DNA of 64,000 nucleotides from an uncultured Armatimonadetes bacterium (GCA_963717145.1 OY970325.1:4067248-4131247); one strand, 5' to 3'. Counted from the stretch's first letter, positions 48,823 to 58,916 are shown. Program-made: numbers and translations. The notes: generated by a model not told the origin, from the letters alone.

Positions 48823-50203
48823 CGCGGTCGGCCTCCTTTTCGGTCGGGCATATTCCGAACGCGTCGCAGATCGTGTCGAGCCGGGTGGAGACATCGTCCC
48901 CCGCGTACTCCTTGATCCGGATCATCGGCTGGTGGCAAATCTTGTTCACGATCGAGCGAGTCGTCTGGTTGACGGCCTCGATCTCCTCCTCGGACAGGTT
49001 CGGCAGCCGGGCGCGGAGTCTCTCCAACTCCGACTGCCTGATCTCCTCGAACTTGTCTCTGAGCGCGGTGATGACCGGCACGGCGTCCAACGTGCGGAAC
49101 CAATCCATGAACTTCTCGACCTCCTCGCGGACGATCACCTCCACCTTCGCGATCTCGGCATCCCGCTCCTCCGCGTCGGCGGCGACCACCGCCTGCAGGT
49201 CGTCGATGTTGTACAGGAAAACGTCGTCCAGTTCACCGACCTCGGGTTCGACATCCCTGGGCACTGCGAGGTCGATGATGAAGACCGGCCGGCCCCGACG
49301 GACCCGCATCGCCTGCGAGACCATATCCCGCGTGACGATCGGCTTCCCGGCGGCGGTCGAGGTGATGACGATGTCCGATCTCTGCATGGCCGACTGTATC
49401 TCATCGAACTTGAGAGGCCTTCCGCCGAACCGCTCGGCGAGATCGACCGCCCGCTCGTATGTCCGATTCGCGACGAGCACGGAGGTCACTCCCGCTGATG
49501 AGAGATGAGTCGCAGTCAGTTCGCCCATCTTTCCCGCGCCAACGATCAGGACCGTGCGGCCTTTGAGCGGGTCGAAGATCGAGCGCGCGAGTTGGACCGC
49601 CGCGTATCCTACGGAGAACGCGCCTCGACCGATCTCAGTCTCGGTGCGGGAGCGCTTCCCGACGGTGATCGCCTGCTGGAATAGCGCATTGAGCACCGGG
49701 CCGGTCGCTCCCGCCTCGGATGCCGCCGCATAAGCCGATTTCACCTGCCCGAGAACCTGCGCCTCCCCGAGGATCATGGAGTCGATCCCCGAAGCGACGC
49801 GAAAGAGGTGCTCGATCGCCTTGTGGCCGGAAAGGGAGTAGAGATGCGGCTCGAACGACTCGCGGGCGAGGCCACTGCGCTCGGCGATGGCCTCGATGAT
49901 GTCGTCGGCTGCCCTCACCCCCGACCCCTCTCCCGGAGGGCGAGGGGAGACTCCACCCTCTACCTTCGGTTGTTCCCCCTCGCCCTCCGGGAGAGGGGTC
50001 GGGGGTGAGGGTCGACTCTGTAAGGTCGTCCAGGCGTAGATCTCGGTCCGATTGCAGGTCGAGAGGACTACGGCCTCCCTCAACCCTTCGTTCCTCAGTA
50101 GAGCATCGAGGAACGCCTTCGGGTCGCTCTCGGGCATGCAGAGTCGCTCGCGGATCTCGACCGGAGCGGTCACGTGGTTCAGGCCTATGACTACCAGATG
50201 CAC
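48815..50203 (-). CDS. hemA: glutamyl-tRNA reductase with a 33-aa in-frame palindromic insertion
   Basis: LSTCNRTEIYA active-site region; NADP-binding domain; inserted low-complexity segment PSPPTPLPEGEGEQPKVEGGVSPRPPGEGSGVR. Confidence 0.9.
   Translation of the reverse strand: MHLVVIGLNHVTAPVEIRERLCMPESDPKAFLDALLRNEGLREAVVLSTCNRTEIYAWTTLQSRPSPPTPLPEGEGEQPKVEGGVSPRPPGEGSGVRAADDIIEAIAERSGLARESFEPHLYSLSGHKAIEHLFRVASGIDSMILGEAQVLGQVKSAYAAASEAGATGPVLNALFQQAITVGKRSRTETEIGRGAFSVGYAAVQLARSIFDPLKGRTVLIVGAGKMGELTATHLSSAGVTSVLVANRTYERAVDLAERFGGRPLKFDEIQSAMQRSDIVITSTAAGKPIVTRDMVSQAMRVRRGRPVFIIDLAVPRDVEPEVGELDDVFLYNIDDLQAVVAADAEERDAEIAKVEVIVREEVEKFMDWFRTLDAVPVITALRDKFEEIRQSELERLRARLPNLSEEEIEAVNQTTRSIVNKICHQPMIRIKEYAGDDVSTRLDTICDAFGICPTEKEADRDV
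49912..50010. repeat. 99-bp perfect palindrome (36-bp arms, 27-nt loop) inside the hemA coding frame
   Basis: ccctcacccccgacccctctcccggagggcgagggg ... cccctcgccctccgggagaggggtcgggggtgaggg; 99 = 33 codons. Confidence 0.9.
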
Positions 50204-50818
50204 TTGTGAGCTGTCTCCAGTGCCTCGTCATGCCGCCCCTCCGCCAGAAGGCGCAGCGCATTCGAGTCGAGGATTCGGTTGTATGCGCTCGCTCGCTCGT
50301 CCATCGTGGCGTACTTCGCCTTGATCTCGCTTCTGAGAGAGCCGAGCAGGTCGGCGAGCATTCCGTACTCCGGGCCGTAGCGCGCCTCTATCTCCTCGCG
50401 GATCCGGCGAGCCATCGCCGGGCTCTTCCCGGAGGTCGAGACGCTGATGACGAGGTCGCCGCGCATGACCGACGCCGGCACGAAGAAACTGCACAGCTCG
50501 GGGTCGTCGACAACGTTGACAAGTATGCGCCGATCCCGGGCGTCGGAGGATACCTGCTTGTTTGTTCCCCGATCGTCGGTCGCGCCAATCACCAGGAACG
50601 CGCCGTCCAGATGCTCGGGGCGGTATTCCGAATCGACGTGCTCGATCCGGCCTTTGGATGCCCACTCGGCGAGCTTGGAGGTGATCTCAGGCGATATGAC
50701 GCGGACGGAGGCGCCGAATTCGAGGAGCGATTCGACCTTCCGCTCCGCGACGGGTCTACCCGCCGATAACCGCGCAGGTCTGACCGCTCAGACTGAGGTT
50801 GATTGGATAATGGGACAT
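50191..50818 (-). pseudogene. sirC: precorrin-2 dehydrogenase / sirohydrochlorin ferrochelatase (SirC/CysG N-domain-like), frameshifted near 50757..50766
   Basis: MSHYPINLSLSGQTCAVIGG in one frame then GRPVAERKVESLLEFGASVRV... in another; shift at a short G/C run; may be a sequencing indel. Confidence 0.6.
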
Positions 50819-50886
50819 GGTTGATGGTCGATGGCTGATGGTTGATGGGGATTCGGGACGTTAACCATCAGCCATCAACCATTCCC

Positions 50887-51708
50887 TCATTTCGCGTAAG
50901 CGTGCAGGCCGCCGAGAAGGTTCACGCCGTACAGGGTGAAGAGCACTGCCGCGAATCCGACGATCGTCATGATCGCCGACTTCCGGCCTCGCCAGCCGTG
51001 TGTAGATCGCATGTGCAGGAACGACGCGTAGATCAGCCACGTGATGAGCGCCCAGGTCTCCTTCGGGTCCCAACTCCAGTACGTGCCCCATGCCTTCTGC
51101 GCCCAGATCGCGCCAGTGATCAGCAGAAGCGTCTGCATCAGGAATCCGAAGCTGATCAGCCGATATATCGTCTGATCGAGGACCGCCGCCGATGGAATCC
51201 TGGTGGCCCAGAAGGAAGCCTGGCCCTCGTTCTTCTCGCGGATGAGATACATGATCGCCGCACCGACGGCGATGGCGAAGGCCGAATACGCCAGGATCGC
51301 CGTTGCGATGTGCGGTACGCGCCACGCGCTCCGCAGCGCCGGCATCGTCGGGTTCACGTCGATCGGCAGTCGGATGGCCAGGAGAGAGATCCCTGCCACA
51401 AGCGGTACGGCGAACGAACCGTAGGCCCGGGTCTTCGTCAGGAATTCGAGGCCGAGGTAGACGATCACTGCACCCCATGCGTACGATAGCATGTATTCGT
51501 ACAGGTTCAGGAACGGTGGTCGCTGGGCCGCCACGGTCCGCACGACAAGCGACCCTGTGTGGAACGCTAGACCGATGAGCAGGAGCGCGAGCCCGGCTTG
51601 GCCGATCGCGCGCCTCTTGTCGAAAAGGTGGACGACGTAGAATACGGCTGCGGCCAGGTAGATCCAGAATGCTATCGTAAAGAGCGTCGAGCCCAGTGTG
51701 ACTGTCAT
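50887..51708 (-). CDS. second CcsA/CcsB-like cytochrome c biogenesis protein
   Basis: WGTYWSWDPKETWA WWD motif; polytopic. Confidence 0.75.
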   Translation of the reverse strand: MTVTLGSTLFTIAFWIYLAAAVFYVVHLFDKRRAIGQAGLALLLIGLAFHTGSLVVRTVAAQRPPFLNLYEYMLSYAWGAVIVYLGLEFLTKTRAYGSFAVPLVAGISLLAIRLPIDVNPTMPALRSAWRVPHIATAILAYSAFAIAVGAAIMYLIREKNEGQASFWATRIPSAAVLDQTIYRLISFGFLMQTLLLITGAIWAQKAWGTYWSWDPKETWALITWLIYASFLHMRSTHGWRGRKSAIMTIVGFAAVLFTLYGVNLLGGLHAYAK

Positions 51709-51774
51709 ATCATCTCCCATATGGAGTGCGGAAGCGGAGTCCTCATCAGCCTCCGCACTCCACGGCAATCCGTC

Positions 51775-52719
51775 TTACTTAGTCGCCTTCTTGAAGTTGT
51801 GCTGGCCTTCGGGCATATGGCACGACGCGCAGGTCGCATCGGCAGCCGCCTGAGGGGCATGTGTCTTCATGTCGGTGACCTTCCCGGCATGGCATCCGAG
51901 GCAGAGGTCGTTCACCGGCTTCTTCAACTGGGACTTGCCGCTCGCCACGGTGTGCGGATCGTGGCAGGTTTCGCAGTTGACGCCCACCTGTGCGTGTTTG
52001 CTGGTGATGAACTCCGAATACTGCTGGTTGTTCCCCGGCATGGTCGGCTTGGCATCCACGAGGAACTTGGTCAGGTCGTCCCCCGGCATGAATCCTACGG
52101 GATGCGCGAACTTGCCGCTCGGGTCCTTGCCCGAGGAGTGACACTGGCCGCAGACCATAGCCTGCTTCGCCTTGTCGAGCTTGGCCGGGTTCACGATGGA
52201 AGTCTTGTTTGCCATGTGGTCGCTGCCCGGACCGTGGCACGACTCACACTGCACTCCCTCCGCGAGGAACTTCTTCGTGGCGGGATCGAAACCGGTCGTG
52301 TGGCATGAGATGCACAGAGTGGTGCCGTCACACTCGGTCGTTGGCTTCCACTGCTTCTCCTTCACGTACCACATGGCGGGCAGGACCTTGAAGTTGGCGT
52401 CGAGGTAGGCCTGCTTGTTGCGGCCCTTGCCGAGCACCCACGCCACCTTGTCCTTCGTGAAGGCGGAATTCGAGGCGAAATCGCCGACGATAGCGCCCTC
52501 CGCGGAGGCCTTCTGCATGGCCTTCGGATGGGAGGTCTTATCGAAAAGCGGGACGAAGGCCTTGCCCTTCTCCAGATTCTGGTGGCACATCTTGCACATC
52601 GCATAGCCCTTGTACGCTGCCTTGTGGACATCCCAGGCATCCTGGGCCAGCGCCGTCAGACCGAAGATGGCAAGAACGACGATCGCAACGGACGAGAACA
52701 CGAAAACTCTTCTGCGCAT
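51775..52719 (-). CDS. multihaem c-type cytochrome (7 CxxCH)
   Basis: CKMCH, CISCH, CESCH, CGQCH, CETCH, CLGCH, CASCH; signal peptide. Confidence 0.85.
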   Translation of the reverse strand: MRRRVFVFSSVAIVVLAIFGLTALAQDAWDVHKAAYKGYAMCKMCHQNLEKGKAFVPLFDKTSHPKAMQKASAEGAIVGDFASNSAFTKDKVAWVLGKGRNKQAYLDANFKVLPAMWYVKEKQWKPTTECDGTTLCISCHTTGFDPATKKFLAEGVQCESCHGPGSDHMANKTSIVNPAKLDKAKQAMVCGQCHSSGKDPSGKFAHPVGFMPGDDLTKFLVDAKPTMPGNNQQYSEFITSKHAQVGVNCETCHDPHTVASGKSQLKKPVNDLCLGCHAGKVTDMKTHAPQAAADATCASCHMPEGQHNFKKATK

Positions 52720-53202
52720 ACACTTCGCTCCTTAAGTGACGATAAGTGGTGGGATTATAGCATATCCGATGCTCCTCGTGCAAGAGCTTCTGCCCCGGTT
52801 CGCGCTCATTCGTGTGTAGTCGTGCCTGGATGACACGAGCGTGGGCCATTCGAATGCCCTCGCAGGAAGCGTTTTCGGATCGCCATGCATCCCACAATAG
52901 CTTATACTACCCGAAAGGCCGAATTGTTACCACACGTCTGTCGAGTGGCACGGCCCTCAATGCTGGTGAGCCGTGCCGGGGCGGAAATCGCAAACAATTT
53001 CACAATAGTTTGCAGTTGCCAAGGCATTGGGTACAGGTACCTCGATTATTAAGAAAAAAATCCCCAAAGAAGCCTTTCTTGCCCTCCGCCTTGCAGGAGT
53101 TTATGGAAACTCTGGCAAACTGTTACATATAGGAGGGCGTTCGCCCCGGATGGCTCTGGAGCCATCGAATGAACTACATCCAAAGGAGGATGGGCATCCA
53201 CA

Positions 53203-54588
53203 ATGTACAACACGATGCAACGAATTTCCACCCTGTTGCTCATCGGGCTGATCGCGCTGTCAGCCGCGACTGCAGGAGTGAAGCCGAATGGCCTGATCTC
53301 CGACAATGCGGTGCTCCAGCGAGGGATATCCGTGCCGATCTGGGGTACCGCGGACCAGGGCGAGAAGGTGACTGTCAGGTTCCAGGGCCAGACCGTTTCG
53401 ACGACGGCTTACGGTGGCCTGTGGATCGTCCGACTGAAACCACTGAAGGCAGGTGGCCCGTTCACCATGCAGATCAACGACCTGGAGTTGAAGAACATCC
53501 TCGTCGGCGAGGTCTGGATCTGCAGCGGGCAATCGAACATGGCGTTTGCGCTCTCCAAGAGCGAGAACGGCGAATCCGCCACCGCGTCCTCGAAGGATCC
53601 GATGCTCCGAATCCTTACCGTTCCGAAGACCGACAAGACAGGCGAATTCGCCGTCTCGTGGCGAGAGTGCGGGCCGGAGACCATCGGCAGCTTCTCGGCG
53701 GTCGGCTACTTCTTCGGCCGGGATCTGCGAAAGGACTTGAAGGTACCGATCGGCCTGATCGACTCCTCCGTCGGTGGCACTCCCGCCGAGGCGTGGACGA
53801 GCCGTCTGGCCATTCGGGCCAATCCCGATCTCAAGGGAATGCTCACGAACTCGGCTCGCACCGGGAAGGGACGACCGGGCGCGCTCCACGCTGCAATGAT
53901 TGCGCCTCTGCAGCCCTACGCCATTCGAGGCGTCATCTGGTATCAGGGCGAGGCCAATGCCGCTCGAGCGCAGGAGTACCGCACCCTGTTCCCTTCGATG
54001 ATCGCCGACTGGCGCAGTGCCTGGGGGCAGGGCGACTTCCCGTTCCTGTTCGTCCAGCTTGCTCCGTATGCGACCAATCTCCCCGAGGGCACATGGGCTG
54101 AGCTTCGCGAGGCCCAGCTTGTGACCTCCAAGACAGTGCCGAACACCGCGATGGCGGTCATCACCGATCTTGGCGAGGAGAATGATATCCATCCCAAGAA
54201 GAAAGAGCCGGTGGGCGGGCGACTGGCTCTTGCGGCCCGTGCTCTCGCTTACGGTGAGCGGATCGAGTACTCAGGCCCGATCTACAGCAAGGCTGTGATC
54301 GTCGACGACAAGATGATCCTGTGCTTCGATCACGTCAACGGCGGACTGGTGGCCAAAGGTGAGACGCTGGCCGGCTTCACCATCGCCGGCAAGGATGGGA
54401 GCTACTATCCGGCCAAGGCGGAGATCAGGCGGGACAAATGCGTCCTCGTTTCGAGTCCGGAGGTGCCGAAACCGACCTCCGTCAGATACGGATGGTCGAA
54501 CTGGATGGCTGTGAACCTGTTCAACAAGGCCGGACTCCCGGCCAGCCCGTTCTGCAGTTGCGACTTCCCCATGAAGATGGTGGACTAG
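53203..54588 (+). CDS. sialate O-acetylesterase-like carbohydrate esterase (SGNH/DUF303)
   Basis: Signal peptide; ICSGQSNMAF catalytic serine motif. Confidence 0.8.
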   Translation: MYNTMQRISTLLLIGLIALSAATAGVKPNGLISDNAVLQRGISVPIWGTADQGEKVTVRFQGQTVSTTAYGGLWIVRLKPLKAGGPFTMQINDLELKNILVGEVWICSGQSNMAFALSKSENGESATASSKDPMLRILTVPKTDKTGEFAVSWRECGPETIGSFSAVGYFFGRDLRKDLKVPIGLIDSSVGGTPAEAWTSRLAIRANPDLKGMLTNSARTGKGRPGALHAAMIAPLQPYAIRGVIWYQGEANAARAQEYRTLFPSMIADWRSAWGQGDFPFLFVQLAPYATNLPEGTWAELREAQLVTSKTVPNTAMAVITDLGEENDIHPKKKEPVGGRLALAARALAYGERIEYSGPIYSKAVIVDDKMILCFDHVNGGLVAKGETLAGFTIAGKDGSYYPAKAEIRRDKCVLVSSPEVPKPTSVRYGWSNWMAVNLFNKAGLPASPFCSCDFPMKMVD

Positions 54589-54682
54589 CCGCGTGATCGG
54601 TGTATCACTGCGAGGCCGGCCGGGTTCTCCGGCTGGCCTCAACATCATATGCAGGACTCTCCTCCTCTTCCGCAGAACTCAT

Positions 54683-55339
54683 ATGCAAATACCGGGGGAG
54701 GATATATATACCTTGCAGCTATCATCCAAGCGTTCTGTTTCTGTCTACGTCATCCTGTTCCTCGTCGCCGCGATCGCCGTCTCTCGCCCGGTTCACGCGC
54801 AGAAAGCGCCGCCGGATCCGTCATTCGCCGCCGCCCAGCTCGAACTCCTGCGCGCGCAGATCGAGACCGAGAAGACGCGCATGGAGTATTACCGCACACA
54901 GACCGAGGCCAACGGCGAGAAGCAAGCCGTGCCGCTGGTGAAGAAGTTCCTGAACGATCCGGCCGACGCGGTCGGGGCGTTCGGCGCGGTGATAGGGTTC
55001 TTCCTCGCATTCTTCGTGCTCCTGGGCAATCGGGACGCGACCCGCATGCACATGAGGGATATGGAGTTCTACGAAACGCTCAGGCGGTTCGGTGACGGCA
55101 GTCCCGCGATGCGGGCCGGCGCGTCCGGCATACTGGCGGTGATGGGTGGAGTCCGGAATCGCCGGTCGCGTCCGTACCTCGATACGGCGGTCGACCAGCT
55201 CATCGCGGGCCACCGCCTCGAGGAGAACGACGCGGTCCGTGACGCGATGACGGCCGCCCTCAAGCATCTCATCCTCACCGATCCGATCCGAGTCCGCACC
55301 AAACTCTCCGCCGCCGGCATCAAGCTCCCGGAAGGCTGA
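54683..55339 (+). CDS. secreted or membrane-anchored hypothetical protein
   Basis: Signal peptide VYVILFLVAAIAVSRPVHA and an internal hydrophobic segment. Confidence 0.4.
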   Translation: MQIPGEDIYTLQLSSKRSVSVYVILFLVAAIAVSRPVHAQKAPPDPSFAAAQLELLRAQIETEKTRMEYYRTQTEANGEKQAVPLVKKFLNDPADAVGAFGAVIGFFLAFFVLLGNRDATRMHMRDMEFYETLRRFGDGSPAMRAGASGILAVMGGVRNRRSRPYLDTAVDQLIAGHRLEENDAVRDAMTAALKHLILTDPIRVRTKLSAAGIKLPEG

Positions 55340-55950
55340 GTGGGAAACACGAATGACACGAACGGACGAATAGGCTCAGCTTGCCTGTATATAAGGGACA
55401 CGCACCTACTTCCAACTCAGCGTCGGAACCGTCGCCGGTTGGGCGAACAGGCCGAGCCTACGCCATGCCTCCCAGTCCTGGAAGCGCTGACCGGTCGCAT
55501 CCTCCCTATTCGCGAACACCTCGCGTGAGCGTTAGTGATGACGCGGCGAGCGTATCCGTCGCGGAGTCTTGGGCAGTTGAAGGGAGTTGCTCGTGGAGAT
55601 GAAGCACGGGAGGAGGTAAGCGTGCCACGGATTCAGGTTCGCGCGGGCGTTCGGTGCGGTGTATGAGTTCGTGGAGGGGGCTGAGTGTGATAATAGCGGG
55701 TCAGACTGTTGACCATTCTGTAAATACCGTGCCTGTCCCAGTTTCCCAGTTTCCTCCGCTTGGCGTTCTTGGCGACTTGGCGGTTCCAACTCCATGCGTC
55801 GCAGAAACCCCCTCGGCCCAGAGGCCGGTCCCCCTTCGTAAGGGGGACATCATGTGCTCCCCCCATCAACCATGAACCATCAACCATTGCCCAACTCCGA
55901 TGTGGTATACTGTTCACTGATTACCGTTCACCGTTCACCGGAGGTAACCC

Positions 55951-56931
55951 ATGACACGCATACGCCCGCGACGGCTGCGGGTCTCCGAGGCCATGAGGCG
56001 CATGGTCTGCGAGACCGAGCTGTCCGTCAACGATTTGATCTACCCGATGTTCGTCATGCCCGGCGAAGGATCCCGTGTGGAGATCCCATCGATGCCGGGG
56101 TGCTTTCGCATGTCGGTCGACGAGCTGTGCAAGGAAGCCGCCGAGGTCCAGGCGCTCGGCATCCCGGGGATATTGCTATTCGGGCTGCCGGAGTCGAAAG
56201 ACGAGATCGGCTCGGGCGCATATGACCCCGAGGGGATCGTCCAGCAGGCGGTCCGTGCGATCAAGTCGTCCGTGAAAGACCTGCTCGTCATCACCGACGT
56301 GTGCATGTGCGAATACACGTCCCACGGCCACTGCGGGATCATCTCCGGCGAGAAGGTCCTGAACGACCGCACGGTCATGCTGCTCGCGAAGACCGCCCTC
56401 TCCCATGCGCAGGCGGGCGCGGATATCGTCGCCCCGTCCGACATGATGGACCTCCGCATCGGGGCGATCCGGGATGCGCTCGATGAGCATGGCTTCGAGG
56501 ACACGGCGATCATGGCATACTCGGCGAAGTATTCGTCTGCGTTCTACGGCCCGTTCCGCGAGGCGGCGGAGTGCGCGCCTCAGTTCGGCGACCGGAAGGC
56601 ATACCAGATGGACCCGGCGAATTCGCGCGAGGCCCTCAAGGAGGTCGCGCTCGACATCGAGGAGGGCGCTGACATCGTGATGGTGAAGCCGGCGCTCGCG
56701 TACATGGACATCATCCGCCAGGTGAAGGACTCGACCGACATCCCCGTGGCGGCGTTCAACGTCTCTGGCGAGTACTCGATGGTGAAGGCGGCGGCGCAGA
56801 ACGGCTGGATCGACGAACAGAAGGTCGTCTCGGAGATACTGACATCCCTCAAGCGCGCGGGCGCGGACATCATCCTGACCTACCACGCGATGGATGTGGC
56901 GGAGGGGATGGGGCGAATGGTTGATGGTTGA
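55951..56931 (+). CDS. hemB: porphobilinogen synthase (delta-aminolevulinic acid dehydratase)
   Basis: Full-length match including active-site lysines ([13 protein letters not shown]). Confidence 0.9.
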   Translation: MTRIRPRRLRVSEAMRRMVCETELSVNDLIYPMFVMPGEGSRVEIPSMPGCFRMSVDELCKEAAEVQALGIPGILLFGLPESKDEIGSGAYDPEGIVQQAVRAIKSSVKDLLVITDVCMCEYTSHGHCGIISGEKVLNDRTVMLLAKTALSHAQAGADIVAPSDMMDLRIGAIRDALDEHGFEDTAIMAYSAKYSSAFYGPFREAAECAPQFGDRKAYQMDPANSREALKEVALDIEEGADIVMVKPALAYMDIIRQVKDSTDIPVAAFNVSGEYSMVKAAAQNGWIDEQKVVSEILTSLKRAGADIILTYHAMDVAEGMGRMVDG

Positions 56932-56985
56932 TGGGGAATGGCTGATGGGGGAACGGTTCATGGTTGATGGCTGACGGGGACCGGA

Positions 56986-57094
56986 ACCCGCTAGTCCTGA
57001 GTGCGCCTCTGGGCGTGTATCGAAGGACGGCCTACGGAGTGCCACAAGGCCGTCCTTCGATACACGCCCAGAGGCGCACTCAGGACTAGCGGGT
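56986..57094. repeat. 109-bp near-perfect palindrome downstream of hemB
   Basis: ccgctagtcctgagtgcgcctctgggcgtgtatcgaaggacggcc ... ggccgtccttcgatacacgcccagaggcgcactcaggactagcgg. Confidence 0.8.
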
Positions 57095-57139
57095 CCTGTT
57101 GTGCAGGGCTCAACCCACGAAGTTCCCACAAAGAAAGAA

Positions 57140-57165
57140 GGCCGGCGATCACTCGATCGCCGGCC
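57140..57165 (+). terminator. GC-rich hairpin, possible intrinsic terminator
   Basis: ggccggcgatcactcgatcgccggcc followed by tttcgg. Confidence 0.4.
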
Positions 57166-57686
57166 TTTCGGCTAGGTACGAAGTTGGCTCAATGAAAGCA
57201 TCTCGCGGTTGTCTCGCCGCTGACGAATGCTAACCCCAGACAGTCCACCGCCAGCGCCCGCAAGGCCTGGGGAACTGCGCACCGATCGGTCTGGTAAGCG
57301 CATGATCCGCCGAATCTCTCTGTGGCGGATCAGCGTGGGCAAGGGAGTCGCCCGTCGCCGATCTTCCGGCATATGTTCCAATCGCTGGTCGCGGTGAAAT
57401 CAATGAGAAGGGATACAGAAGCGGTACGCTGGTCAAAGAGGATCTAAGGCACAGCCACGCATCTCTTTCTCCTACTTCGACGGTCTGGCGCCGTCTTCTA
57501 TAACAATATAATGCGGATACCGAATTCCGTCAACCGGCAAAAATACCTGTTTTGCGAAAAAGATGCGGGACGCGTCGGAAGATGTCCCCCTTACGAAGGG
57601 GGACCGGCCTCTGGGCCGAGGGGGTATGTCTGCATGCAAACCTCCCCCGGCCTGCTGGCCGGCCCCTCCTTCGTAAGGAGGGGCGC

Positions 57687-58490
57687 TTACAGGATCGGGG
57701 TCTGCGAAGGGATTCTGTCGCGGAAGAGAGTGATCGCCTCAAAGCCCGCCGACCGGATCACGTCCAGTCCCCGCTCCAGACCGAAGCCCAGGTGCTCCCC
57801 GAGATGCGCGTCTGAGCCGATGGTGAGCAACTCCCCGCCGAACTCGCGGTACAGCTTGAGGGTCTCCAGCGCGGGGAACGGCTCCCCGCACGGCTGACGA
57901 TATCCCGAGGTGTTCACCTCCAGCGCGATTCCCCGCTCGATCATCGTCCGCAGGATTGCCTCGATCTGCTCGCGGTACGGCTCGATGCTGAACGGGCCGA
58001 GGTACTTCACCCCGAATCGCTTGACGAGGTCGAAGTGCGCCAGGACGTCGAAGTTGGCGCACTCGGCCGCCTGCAGGACCTCATCGAAGTACCTGCGATA
58101 GAGGGCGACCCAATCGGTCGTACCGGTCTGAAAGTCGACCGAGACGACCGCATCGCCGACCCAGTGGATGCCGGCGGTGAGGAAATCGAACTTCTCGTCG
58201 CCGAGGACCCGCTCGATCTCGCGGGGATAGAGGTGCGGCTCACCGAGTTCCGCGCCCTTGAGAATGCGGAGACGGTCGCCGAAATGCTCCCGGCAGTCAT
58301 CGACATCGCGGGCGAAGTCGGCCGCATCGAAGAGGCCATAGCACTGGTCGTCCGGATTGCTGTCGAGGTGGTCGGTGAACGCGATCTCAGTCAGGCCGCG
58401 CTCGATGGCGAGGCGGCACATCTCCTCGACGGAGACGTGTCCGTCGCCGGAATGGGTCGAATGAACGTGGTAGTCGATCAGGTGTGTCAC
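57687..58490 (-). CDS. PHP-family phosphoesterase (histidinol-phosphatase-like)
   Basis: IDYHVHSTHSGDG PHP motif; GTG start; downstream of two sigma-54 promoters. Confidence 0.75.
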   Translation of the reverse strand: MTHLIDYHVHSTHSGDGHVSVEEMCRLAIERGLTEIAFTDHLDSNPDDQCYGLFDAADFARDVDDCREHFGDRLRILKGAELGEPHLYPREIERVLGDEKFDFLTAGIHWVGDAVVSVDFQTGTTDWVALYRRYFDEVLQAAECANFDVLAHFDLVKRFGVKYLGPFSIEPYREQIEAILRTMIERGIALEVNTSGYRQPCGEPFPALETLKLYREFGGELLTIGSDAHLGEHLGFGLERGLDVIRSAGFEAITLFRDRIPSQTPIL

Positions 58491-58611
58491 CCCCTAATGT
58501 TATCCGGCCCGGGCATACTCTCCTTGGGCACAAGAAAAATGGCCCGCAGGGTGTTCGCCTGCGAGCCAAGTAAGTAAGGAGAAAAAGATGTCTTTTTCAA
58601 CTGGGGATATC

Positions 58612-58627
58612 TGCAAGAATCGTGCCA
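58612..58627 (-). promoter_or_regulatory. sigma-54 -24/-12 promoter P1 (about 120 bp upstream of the PHP gene)
   Basis: Minus strand reads TGGCACGATTCTTGCA; extended consensus also satisfied. Confidence 0.6.
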
Positions 58628-58807
58628 ATCCCGGCAATAATGCCTGCCATGTAGCATATTTCACGAACTTATCACATTCAGCACATGCGGCGTTCACGAA
58701 CAAACGCCTATCAGGCGGTTTGGAGGGCAAAAAAAGAGAAGCCTGCGAGATTTTCCCGCAGGCTCGTAAGGAAGGAGAAATAGATGTTGTTTCCAGGTAG
58801 TATTACC

Positions 58808-58823
58808 TGCAAGAATCGTGCCA
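58808..58823 (-). promoter_or_regulatory. sigma-54 -24/-12 promoter P2 (about 315 bp upstream of the PHP gene)
   Basis: Minus strand reads cgaatTGGCACGATTCTTGCAggt, a perfect extended consensus; part of a ~70-bp tandemly duplicated unit. Confidence 0.6.
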
Positions 58824-58916
58824 ATTCGTGCAACAAGTCGGGGAAAGGTCAAAAAGAGTTGGAGGCAGGGGGCAATCATTGAGGCACACGTGATCGATGA
58901 TGCGTTGGCAGTGCAC

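Noticed and set aside
57096-57690. 600-bp non-coding region between hemB and the PHP gene scanned for an sRNA, tRNA or tmRNA.
   Set aside because: No cloverleaf, tmRNA or SRP hallmark seen. Region is explained by hairpins and the repeated 47-mer. An sRNA cannot be excluded without expression data.
58588-58882. Two tandem plus-strand small ORFs (70 and 32 aa) with strong AAGGAGAAA SD sequences and a shared M-x-F-x5-CKNRAN motif. A third homolog (MITCKIRASSANRG...) lies at 472..561. Considered as RiPP or toxin precursor peptides.
   Set aside because: The conserved nucleotides are exactly a consensus sigma-54 -24/-12 element (TGGCACG-N4-TTGCA) on the opposite strand, aimed at the PHP gene. Conservation is at the DNA level and extends into non-coding flanks. 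Peptide conservation stops right after the promoter core. Kept only as an alternative.
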